64,000 nt of DNA from Eledone cirrhosa (lineage: Eukaryota). How positions within the stretch are numbered: position 1 is the stretch's first letter; each line of letters starts with the position of its first letter. The stretch covers positions 72,106,001 through 72,170,000 of the forward strand of contig OZ024742.1 of the NCBI GenBank assembly GCA_964016885.1, read 5' to 3'. Under the pieces are notes generated by a model, which saw only the letters and a program-made list of their open reading frames with translations, did no database searches and was not told the origin of the DNA. The translations under genes and the position numbers were made by a program. Below are positions 53,928 to 64,000 of the stretch, one piece after another.

Positions 53928-55237
53928 ATACATTTCCTATTAGTACAGTGGGTTTTCTTAAAAGGGTATGTTTTGCTGATCAGGGATTTTATGGTAGTTC
54001 CTGGCTTTTCTACCACTTTAATCTGTAAGTGGGTCTTTCTCGGGGCCTTTCTACACTGGTTAGCTAATTTTCCTCCAGGGGTAGCGTCCACGAACATGAC
54101 ACTCTGGTATCTCTGGTTGTCGTACCATGAGGTGGCTTTCCCTATCTTATGTTTAGTCCTATCTAAGATATTCCATGATTTGTTCCTGTGAGGGTCTTAT
54201 ACTTCTCCATGGCTCCTTCGTATACTCTGATTCTGTCTCTTTGGTTGTAGCCAGAGAACTGCATGCGGTTGATGAAGTGTTGGATGTGTCTTTCCATTTC
54301 AGTTGGATCTCACATGCGGGACACATTCTTCATCACTCGTACAAAGTCTGAGATCAGAATATTAAACTTAGCACTACTGGACATTGCTGAGTTTTTGAGT
54401 ATCAGGTATTCAGAGGCCATGGGTTTAGCGTAGTGTAAGTGGAGAATTTGGGCCCTCTCGTCTATAGTGTTCATCCAGAGTTCTGTGTCTAATACCGGTA
54501 GTCTATTGTTAGGGTGTTTGGAAGGGTAGTCAACAGTTACAGTTATACTCTGGTGTATGGAATCAGCTATCTGCTGGATGCTTTCCATTGTGCTACATTC
54601 TAAATCATACTTGTTACTACTCTCTTGTGGGGGTGTCCTTATTACTATATTAATGTTGTCTACGTAATGAGAGTACATGATGTGGTCTATGGAGCTCTCA
54701 TCAAGATCTTTGAGTCTCCTTTCCCACCATACCATAAAAAGGTTGCCAACATCACCAGCTATGCTGACGCCAATCGCTGCTCCCTCATTTTGGGTGTAGA
54801 TCTTCTCGTTGAATTTGAATATGTGGCCCTTTAGGGTAGTTTTAATACTACCCCCTATTGCATGCGCGACCATTTTTCTTACCTGATCATTGTTTTGGGG
54901 GTCCGTATGGCTTTGGTCCACCCAATCCACCTTCCCATGGGAGTCTTTTTTGCCATCGAGGTTATAGTGGGGGTCTACCTCTTAGGGGTCTACTGAGCAG
55001 AAACGGCTAAGGTCATAGCTATCTAGGTAGTCAGTGTCATAGGTAAGTCTAAGTAGGAGGCTCAGTTCATCTGTGTCGACGTCGCAGAACTTCACCTCAC
55101 TCTCACTGATCATCTCCACACATTTTTCCACGGCAAAATCAATGTTATTGGACAGGTATAGTGATACCACGTCCATACTGCCTATTATGCAGTTAGATAG
55201 GTTTTTGTTTTTGTTGCATTCATTGATTCTGCTGAAT
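53923..55237 (-). mobile_element. PLE RT/thumb region, decayed
   Basis: SMDVVSLY, GAAIG, YSHYVDN, LPVLD, KPMAS, FVDATPGG, ending HCTNRKCII. Confidence 0.85.
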
Positions 55238-56460
55238 TTATCAAATCGTCCCAGGTTTTTCTGGGTCTGCCTACTCCGTAGCTTCCATCTATTTTGATCG
55301 CTCTGCATCTTTTTATACAGCTGTCGTCTTTCATGCGTATCACGTGACCATACCAACGTAGTCTCTCTCTAGTAAACAGCATCTGATCCCTCTTATTCCT
55401 AATTTCTCCCTTAGTTCGTTTATGCTTTGCCGTTCATGTATATTAGTATTACACATCCAGCGGAGCATGCAAGCTTCGTTCCTCTCCAGTCTGCGCAAAT
55501 CCTCTGCACTCACTGCCATGTAACATTGCTGTTCGTATGCAGGCATCATACAGTCTGCCTCTCATTTTTAGAGAGAAACCTTTAGCAGTCAATAGTGGTA
55601 TAAGCTCTCTGAACTTTTTCCATCCCGTTCTGACTCTAGCTACAGTACTTTCAGAGCACCCTCCCCCACTGCTGATTTTGTCACCCAGGTAACGGAAGGT
55701 GTCCACTATTTCTATAGAACCATCTGGGCAATGGAATGAGCTAGTATTGTGGGCATTTGCTGCTACTTATTGCACCAGAGCACCGGCCACATATAAAATT
55801 TATATTCTTAGTTAGCTTACCTGTGATCCCATACATCTTTTATGCACCCATACTTTGCATTTGGGACATAAAATGGAGTTTCTGCCTACCTCTTTCCTAC
55901 ACACTGAGCATGGCCATTTCCCAGATGGGACCAGTGCCCTATTCTCCTTCCTACATATTAGGACTTTAGTCTTAGACAAGTTAACTTTGATTCTAGGCCA
56001 TGCTTCCATGTTTGGAATTTCTTCTCTAGTTCAGCCATTGATTCGGCTATGAGCATTAGATCATCTGCGTATAGAAGTTCCCATGGGCAGCCGGTCTTGA
56101 ACTCCTCCGTGATAGCTTGGAGGGCGATAATAAATAGGAAGGGGCTAAGGACGGAGCCCTGATGAACAACTTTTACGCTAAACTCTTCACTATATTCGTT
56201 GTTAATTCTAACCTTGCTGACTGTTTCTTTATACATGGCTTGTATAGCTCTCACAAGCCATTTATCAACACCTAGTTTACTAAGAGCCCAACAGATAATG
56301 GAGAAGAGGACTCTGTCAAATGCTTTCTCCAAGTCAACAAAAGCTAAGTATAGGGGTTTACTTTTAGCTAGGTACTTCTCCTGTAGTTGTCGTACAAGGA
56401 AAAGAGCGTCTGTGGTACTTTCACCTGACACAAACCTAAACTGCATTTCATCTAGATCAT
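55238..56460 (-). mobile_element. RTE LINE fragment
   Basis: DLEKAFDRV, HQGSVLSP, LYADD, RLRWYGHV. Confidence 0.9.
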
Positions 56461-58221
56461 TCTATTCCATTTTCCTTTCTCGCCTGAATTTTCTATTGAT
56501 TTTTTTTTCTTTCTCTTTTCAAATATTCTTACAAACACATTTGCTGACCAACTCTATGCTGAAGATGCTTAGAGGTAGAAATCTTTCTTTTTCTCCCTTA
56601 TCCTCCTTTGAGTATATTCCCAGATCAACTAACTGAAACTATTTACTTTTGTTGAATGTATTAACCAGGGGAATTGATGCAAAATGCAGGACTCAGTGAA
56701 CATCAATATTGCAAACGCACATTGCAGCTCCAAGATTCCATCATCCTGTGGCCCAGTTAGGCTGAAAGATAGCAGTTATGATACAAACACACTGAACGAC
56801 AGCAGTCACAGAAGAAGTGAGACTGAAAAGTCTCTCTTTCTCCTTGCTTATGGAATACTGTTTCCCATTTTCTTTGCTTAGACTAATTTAGTGTGATGGC
56901 TGCTGCTGCATGGCAGAGAGACATGCTCGAAGAAATCTAAATCTCCATAATTACCAACTTCTTACGAGGAGGGTAACCAGTGTTTGTTCATCATCATTGG
57001 TTGGTGTTCACTTTGTGAATCACTAAAGCAGTACAGGCCTATTTGAATTTCATTCACATTGGATAAGATAAAGAAGGGCTTCCACCTGAATCATTTGGCA
57101 ATGTTTCCAAAAAATGAAATACAGAATAAACAATGTACCCTGGCCTGCATTTGGAGGTGTATCAAAGAAAATCATGGCTGGATAACCACAAAAAATATTG
57201 GCAGAAGCAGAAAAATAAATTCTTCAAAGTCTTTAATATATACACATATATATTATCATCACCATTACCATCATTTAACGTCCATTTACCCATGCTAGCA
57301 TATGTTGGACATGTTATTAGAAACTACAGCAGCATTCAATCAGAGCCAGTCCAGGGGCTGAATCTCATTGACATGAATGAAGCATCCTCTCAACTCTTTT
57401 GGCATGGTGTCTATGGTGGGATGTCCTTACTAACACCAACCACTTTACAGAGTATACTGTGTGCATTTTATCATGGCACTATAGATATAATACATACATA
57501 TTAAATTGTGCATTAAACAGCTGAAGTATATGATAAATTTATATCTGTACATACACAGTACAAATGTAACCAAGACTGTAAATTGTGTATATAAATATAC
57601 ATATTGTATATACAGACATGTCAACATATCAAATCGAAAAAATAATAAATATCCTTAATTGATTTTTGACCATTGTTGTGGTGTCATCAAAGAAATATTT
57701 ACATTATGAAACAATCACAAGAAAATACGTAGCTTATGGGTTTATAGAGCCCACCAAATATAGTAGTATCACTAAAATGGATGTACTTTTTATATATATA
57801 TAAAATTGTGCACTAAACAGGTGAAGTCTACAGTTAGGACAGTGAAAGGAAAGGAGATTGTTGTAGCTTAACACTAAGCCAGATTTGATTGAGACACTCT
57901 TAGTAACACAAGTTTTACTTCTACCTTGTAGAGTGTAAGCAACTACAAATAGAGAGGAGTAACTCTGCTATCAATATGAAAGGAAGGTGTTCAGTCAAAT
58001 GTATTCCAGAGAAACATGCACGACGTGACCTCAAAGGTAATGAGCAGAGATAAGCTTCACTTTATGGCACACCATAATGAAGTGTCAGGAGTATTTAGTG
58101 TTATTCACAATCAATTGTGTTGATTTCGGTAGACTTCGTGGACCCACACTCAGGAGAGTTCTCATATCATACTCAGTGTCAACTAAGTTGGCTATTGTCA
58201 TCCAAAAGATTTTATACTTAA

Positions 58222-58430
58222 CCCTTTAGCATTTAAACTGGCCATATCCAGCCAGAATTCTCTCACCTCTTTCTGTTCAAACTAGCTGTAACCAGCTGCT
58301 CATACTAATGTTAATGTATTGTTCTCAAAATAAATAACATCAAAATCTCATATATGTGAGATAATTATATGACAAAGTCTTTACTGCGAAAATACAATAG
58401 TAAATATAGAGTAATGTAAATGCTAAAGGG
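58222..58430. mobile_element. piggyBac-type MITE
   Basis: TTAA-ccctttagcattta ... taaatgctaaaggg-TTAA. Confidence 0.9.
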
Positions 58431-58782
58431 TTAAGATACGGTGTATAATAATAAGATGGCTATAGCAGTTGGTTAAAGGTCCTCAGCAAAGTACAACAGT
58501 CCACAAAATAGCATACAATAAATATAGTAATAAAATTGTAATCTCAAATCTATAAGAGCAAAATTTATGAAAATTACACAAAATTTTAATTCATAAATAA
58601 ATGAGGATATTTTATTACAAATTTCAGTTTCAAGGTTGTATGTGAATTTCTCAGTGATTCCTTTTGGCAGACCTTAAGAATTAACATGGAGGAATTGAAA
58701 TTTTCTTTTTATTGAATACTTCTGTTTATTAATACTTTTATTATGGAATGCTTCTATTTTTTAGTATTGAAAGAAGTAGTTC

Positions 58783-59511
58783 TCACATTCCATAGTTATA
58801 AGGCCTCCCTCCTGTGTGTACTCGCTCATGTCTTTTTAAGTGGCTGTTAGTTAAAAATGATTTCTCACATATTTCACAGTGATAGGGTTTTTCTCCAGTG
58901 TGACTGCGTATGTGGATAACAAGATGAGAATTTTGAGTGAAAGATTTCCCACATATTTCACAGTGAAACAATTTTTCTCCAGTGTGTATCTGTCTGTGTG
59001 TTTTCAAGAGAAAATTAGTGACAAATGATTTCCCACATAATTCACAATGGTAAGGTTTCTCCCCAGTGTGAGTACGTATGTGTACAACAAGTTGAGAATT
59101 ATTAACAAAAGATTTCTCACACATTCCACAATGGAAAGGCTTTTCCCCAGTGTGTATTCTTTTGTGAACTACAAGATTAGAATTCTGAGTGAAAGATTTG
59201 CCACATATTTCACAGTGGAAAGGTTTTTCTCCAGTATGTATTATTTTGTGCTTGGTTAAGACACTGGTAGATACAAAATATTTCCCACATATTTCACACT
59301 GGAAGTTTTTTTCCCTAGTGTGTAGTCCTTTGTGCATGAAGACTTCATGTTCTGAAGAGAAAGTTTTCCTATAAATCTCACAGTGTAGTGATCCCTGTTC
59401 AGTACATGTTTCACTATGCAAAGGTTTCTCATCACTGTATGCCTGTGCATCTGTATCTATACTGGTAAAAGCAGGTGTGTTAGAAGAGTCCAAGTGATTA
59501 ACGTACTCCAT
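58783..59511 (-). CDS. Tandem C2H2 zinc-finger protein (242 aa; 6 intact fingers plus 1 degenerate)
   Basis: Repeated CxxC...H...HTGEKP; first in-frame ATG at 59511 (the ORF track starts at a GTG); splice acceptor ttttcttttattacAG at ~59713-59698; AATAAA signals downstream. Confidence 0.9.
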   Translation of the reverse strand: MEYVNHLDSSNTPAFTSIDTDAQAYSDEKPLHSETCTEQGSLHCEIYRKTFSSEHEVFMHKGLHTREKNFQCEICGKYFVSTSVLTKHKIIHTGEKPFHCEICGKSFTQNSNLVVHKRIHTGEKPFHCGMCEKSFVNNSQLVVHIRTHTGEKPYHCELCGKSFVTNFLLKTHRQIHTGEKLFHCEICGKSFTQNSHLVIHIRSHTGEKPYHCEICEKSFLTNSHLKRHERVHTGGRPYNYGM

Positions 59512-59776
59512 AGTAATTCTTGAGAAATTCTTAAAAGTTGAGAAATATATGTGATTATAATCCACTATGGTTTAGTTTCTTGCCATAGATATCTTGGGAT
59601 TTTATTTACATGTGTGGGGAAAATAGGGGATGTAGGTATATTTTCTGTTCACAAAAAGAATTCCTGTCGCTGATTCCTACAGCAGATCGTAATAGAACTG
59701 TAATAAAAGAAAAGATATGACAATGTCAGATTAATTTTGGAGAAATAAAATGTGTGTGTGTCTCTCTCTCTCTCTC

Positions 59777-59822
<46 letters not shown>

Positions 59823-59934
59823 CACACACATATCTCCTCCCATACACCTCCCTTGCTGTAACCATCCCTCCCCTACACCTACTTCCTCAATTTCAACAAG
59901 CTTCTTCCCCACCTTCTCAAGTTCCCATCCCACA

Positions 59935-60270
59935 CCATGAAGTGGTCCCTCTGGAGCCATCACTATATAGTGGTCATGTATGTGTCAAGACAAAAGTGCG
60001 CAGTCCACACTGTAAAGTGGTCATGTAGGAGTCACAACAAAAAGTGCCAATTCCACGCTGTAAAGTGGTTGTGTAGGTGTCATGACAAAAAGCACCCAGC
60101 ACACACTGAAAATGTGGTTGGCGTTAAGGGCATGAAGCCGTAGAAAAAAAGTCAAAATCAGCCCTGTGTAAGCGAAACACGGTCCTCCGACCTGATCTCT
60201 CATAAAGGGATAGCCCGTCCTACCCATGCTAGTGTGGAAAATGGACGTTAAACGATGATGATGATGATAC
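59935..60270 (+). mobile_element. RTE-derived 3' tail repeat ending in (GAT)n
   Basis: aaaagcacccagc...cccatgctag...ggacgttaaacgatgatg, as in the RTE 3' UTR at 29040-29238; further minus-strand tails at ~57255-57480 and 60608-60660. Confidence 0.75.
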
Positions 60271-60535
60271 ACAAATAAATCATACACAAAGTGCCAGCAC
60301 CAACAGTTTTTCAAGAGATGTCAACATGAATGGACCTGTCATTTTTATCTAAAGACATTTTTTCCAATTCCATCCCGCCCGTCCCCTTAATCTATCTTAT
60401 TTCTCATTCTTTCTTCTGATGAAGGACTAGCGTCCGAAACTTGAAGACCCTCTTCCTGCTATATCAAGCGTTAACCTAATATATCCCTTCCATATACTGT
60501 ACAGATTGTGTTGTTTCTGTTTACCTTTTACATAC

Positions 60536-60579
<44 letters not shown>

Positions 60580-60711
60580 ATATAAAAAAAAATATATATA
60601 TATATATCGTCATCATCATTATCACCGTTTAACGTCCATTTTCCATGCTTGCATGGGTTAGAGGGAACTGTAAATTCAGCCCGAAATTTTACAGCTTTCC
60701 TAACACCAACC

Positions 60712-60870
60712 CAGGGCCATCTTAACAACATTATAGGCCCCCGGGCAAAGCAGAGCACTGGGACCCCTACCTACACAACCACTCACACGAATAAAAATAC
60801 AAATGGGCCCCCTATCCTCGTGGAGACCCCGGGCAACTGCCCAGCGTGCCCATGCGTTAAGACGGCCCTG
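60712..60870. mobile_element. hAT MITE with perfect 8 bp TSD
   Basis: TIRs cagggccatcttaac / gttaagacggccctg; TSD caccaacc. Confidence 0.92.
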
Positions 60871-60979
60871 CACCAACCACAATTACAGTGTGGAACTAAA
60901 TGGCATTGTTATGAGGAAAGACAGGCCAGTTGGCCGCGCCATGCCCTGCTCACAGCGGAGCAATAGTTATATATATATA

Positions 60980-61176
60980 GTTGTGGTAAGGAACCAGATG
61001 GACCATAACGCACCAGAGTACTCAATACTTAGGGTAGTAGAGTGGGTAATAGGAAAATGTATGACCCCGACAGCAGAGCTCAAGCCGTTTCGACGGCTAT
61101 TTCTGGACTAAATTTTGTCCAGAAATAGCCGTCGAAACGGCTTGAGCTCTGCCGTCGGGGTCATACATTTTCCTAT
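60980..61176 (-). mobile_element. PLE mini-element: fold-back palindrome (61049-61176) plus tail
   Basis: 60 bp arms with 1 mismatch; GAAAcggc...gccgTC HHR half; GAGTACT tail; (TA)n on both sides. Confidence 0.8.
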
Positions 61177-61631
61177 ATATATATACAGCAAAGGTAAAAC
61201 TATAAATACATAACTGAAAGGGAAGTAGAGAATCATATATGAAAGTATATAATTGCCACGTCTTTTCAGAATTAGCTCAATGTGTTTATATATTATATAG
61301 GTTTGAAGAGAAAGATATTTCTAGGGAGAAAGATTTAGAAATGCAAACATAAACACAGAACAAATATAAACAAGTATATAGATGGAAAAATTATCATTCT
61401 ACTATGATTTTTCATCTATACACTTGTTTATATATAATAATAATTATTATTATATTATATATAATTATATATATATAATATATATATATTATAACTTTGC
61501 CTTTCATCCTTACGGGGTCGATAAAATAAAGAAAGTACCAGTAATATACAGGGTTTTTGCTGGCCTTGTGCTAAAAGTATAAACAATTATAATTATATAT
61601 ATATATATATATTATAATTATATATATATGA

Positions 61632-61674
<43 letters not shown>

Positions 61675-61712
61675 TATATATATATATGATAATTATATAT
61701 ATATATGATAAT

Positions 61713-61745
<33 letters not shown>

Positions 61746-63262
61746 CTACCTGTGTGTCATTTTGATACCATCCTGACTTGGTTGTTGAAACAAAACCACC
61801 CATTTTAAAGGTTACAGCTTAAATTGAAATTTTCTAACATAAATTTATAAGAACCATATGTTAATTTTCTATTTTAATAGTGGAATAATTAATACTTTTA
61901 GCAAATCTCTTAAAATTCTTAATCAATCAATTCAAATAGAATGAAATTCATTAGAAATATGACAATGAAAGGGTTACGAATACTTGGACATAGCTAACGT
62001 AAATAAGGAGTCATTCGCTTATTTTAGTTCATTCGTATAGTATCTATATTGCTGTTTAGTCCTAAGTAAGCCCTGATCGCGCTGACTTATAAATCAAAAG
62101 TGATCCACTCATGACTTCTCTGTCATTATATATATTTTCGGACATAGGGGAGCTAAAGTTAAATTATAGAACGGCAGGAGAATGTCCGATTTTCATTGCC
62201 GATGATGTACGAAGATTGACGAAAGTATCATTTTCACTTTCTGATATTAAAATGTAAGATCGCTTGTATTAAAATATATATATTACCTGTGCGTCACAAT
62301 ATATATAATGCATATATATATATTAGCTGTGCGTCATTCAAACCGGGGTGGGTATTTGTTCGCTCCTGAGTAAAATCTTGTTAATAATTCAACAATGAAA
62401 TGTCTATAAACCGCTATATATGTGTAATTTACGGAGGTATATACAGATTTATTATTAGAAACACTTTCGTACACGTATTTTTAAAAGAATAATGAGTCCT
62501 GTGATTATTATATATAAACGATGAAATAATTAATATTTGAATTTTTTGTGTATGTATTTGTGTAATTCAAGTTGTGCTTTCCTAATTTCCCATAAATTAA
62601 CAGAGCAATTCGATCGTTATTGTATTCTAACAGCGAAATCAATGACTGCAATTAAATATAATTAATATCGATAAACATTTAGTGGCCATATATGTTTTCA
62701 CCTGGCAAAATTTGATGTAAAATCATTACCATTATTATTATTTCTATTTGCATTTTGCCCCACTGATGAGGAACTGGTCCTTGTTGACTATGATTATGTA
62801 TATTACAATTTCTATTATTGCTAATTCTACTGTTTTCCTTGTAGTGACGTCCCCTTTCCTTTACTCGATGTAAACCCCATTTTCATTTATTTTCCCCCTT
62901 CATTATCCTCAATGCTTTGGGCCCTTATGACCAATAAAAGAAATCTTCATTATTATTGTGCCGTCCTGTGCTGTCTCCAATGTTTTCTTTTTGTAAATTT
63001 GTGGTTAATAAAGAAATTATTTTTATTTACTTCATTAATCTGACATCCAAATTTAGCACCAGAAATTAACAGATAGATCGATAACTAATTAGCATGGTGT
63101 GTGTGGGGGGGGGGGGGGTGATTCAAATGTTTATTTCTAGAGCGAAAGAAAGCTTTTTAAAGCAATTTCAGTTATTTTTTGTTTTGTTATTTTTTTTTTT
63201 TTGCGAGGGGTTGGGGTTTATGTGCATTTGCTACCTGTGTTGTATAAAAAGAGATATAATAA

Positions 63263-63442
63263 TTGTTTCTACTTTTGGCACAAGGCCAGCAATTATCCCA
63301 GTACATTACAGGTGCTTTATTTTATTGACCCCGTAAGAATAAAAGGCAAAACTAAACTCGGCGGGATTTGAACTCAAACCGTAAAGGGTCGTAACTCTTT
63401 GCTGCAGAGCATGACGTCCGATTCTCTACCGATTCTGCCAAT
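63263..63442 (-). mobile_element. SINE (4890 family)
   Basis: Sequence similarity; partial copies also at ~33938-34015, 42030-42080 (-) and 61495-61585 (+). Confidence 0.85.
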
Positions 63443-63807
63443 GCTTACAGAAGGAAATCCTAAACAAATATAATATAAAGGAAAGGAAGAAGGAAAACAG
63501 AATAAAAAAGAGAAAAGAAAAGAAAAAAATCACATCTGGAACTACATACAACAAAAGGCAGGCAAAAGCGGTGGACAACTGAGCCGCTACCAGAGCAAAA
63601 GATAATAGTATCGCGAGGAGCACTGGAAAACCTCTCTAATAATTTTTTAGGCAAGCCAGCACGCTCGCGGCGTTACCTCGGTTGATGGCGAGGCTGATGG
63701 ACTCGTATGTTATTAATGAATATGACATCCAAACCACCCGGAAACGACTAGATTTGTACAAAAAGTAGGGTGAAAGGGGTCGAAAAGACCATCAGAGTTT
63801 CGCAGAT

Positions 63808-64000
63808 CTACACATCTCTCGCGTTTAGTAGGAAATAATTATCTTTCCTTGTTTTTTCTGGACCTCCTAGATCCTTGCAATCGACCTTTTCCTCGGAAAA
63901 CAGAAACCCTAACCGGGAAAAAAGTCTATTGTTAGCATCTAAGAGGTCCAGGAAGAAACGAAAAAAGATAATTATTTCTCACCAAACGCGAGGTGTGTAG
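63808..64000. repeat. Imperfect ~88 bp-arm palindrome running to the window edge
   Basis: ctacaca..cgcgttt..gaaataattatcttt..tggacctc.tagat mirrored by atcta.gaggtcca..aaagataattatttc..aaacgcg..tgtgtag. Confidence 0.85.

Noticed and set aside
56500-57230. Possible host exons or hAT relic
   Set aside because: Only faint motif hints (GPQDDG) and many stops; cannot support a call.
60410-60450. CTGATGA-ggac/gtcc-GAAAC as an active ribozyme
   Set aside because: Stem III/cleavage triplet and stem I are defective; counted only as a relic. 62763 likewise lacks GAAA.

Overview
Eukaryotic, repeat-saturated, AT-rich DNA. The tRNA-derived SINE family, RTE tails, long (TA)n/(CA)n tracts and the single-exon C2H2 gene point to an octopus/coleoid cephalopod genome (inference from remembered family sequences, not a search). 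Only two host-gene pieces are visible, both on the minus strand: the first coding exon of a DEG/ENaC-family channel (4248-4034, the gene continuing off the left edge) and a tandem C2H2 zinc-finger CDS (59511-58783). The rest is mobile DNA: a near full-length L1/Tx1 LINE, a near full-length CR1 with a PHD-finger ORF1, RTE, CRE and R4/NeSL-like fragments, hAT, mariner, piggyBac and Helitron-type elements, SINEs, and many Penelope-like elements (PLEs) sitting in (TA)n tracts. Notable structure read by eye: (1) about ten type I hammerhead ribozyme (HHR) motifs from several unrelated PLE terminal-repeat (pLTR) families, including a repeated CAGAAGA core variant; (2) mini-elements that are fold-back palindromes centred on the ribozyme's stem II; (3) a short GAGTRC motif shared by otherwise unrelated PLE tails; (4) a Naiad-type PLE whose 733-aa ORF is broken only by one SINE; (5) a PLE split in frame by a 6.9 kb CR1-terminated insert; (6) an RTE LINE with a twin-priming-like 5' inversion; (7) several other inverted repeats, including a perfect 213 bp pair. 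All folds and alignments were done manually and need computational confirmation.
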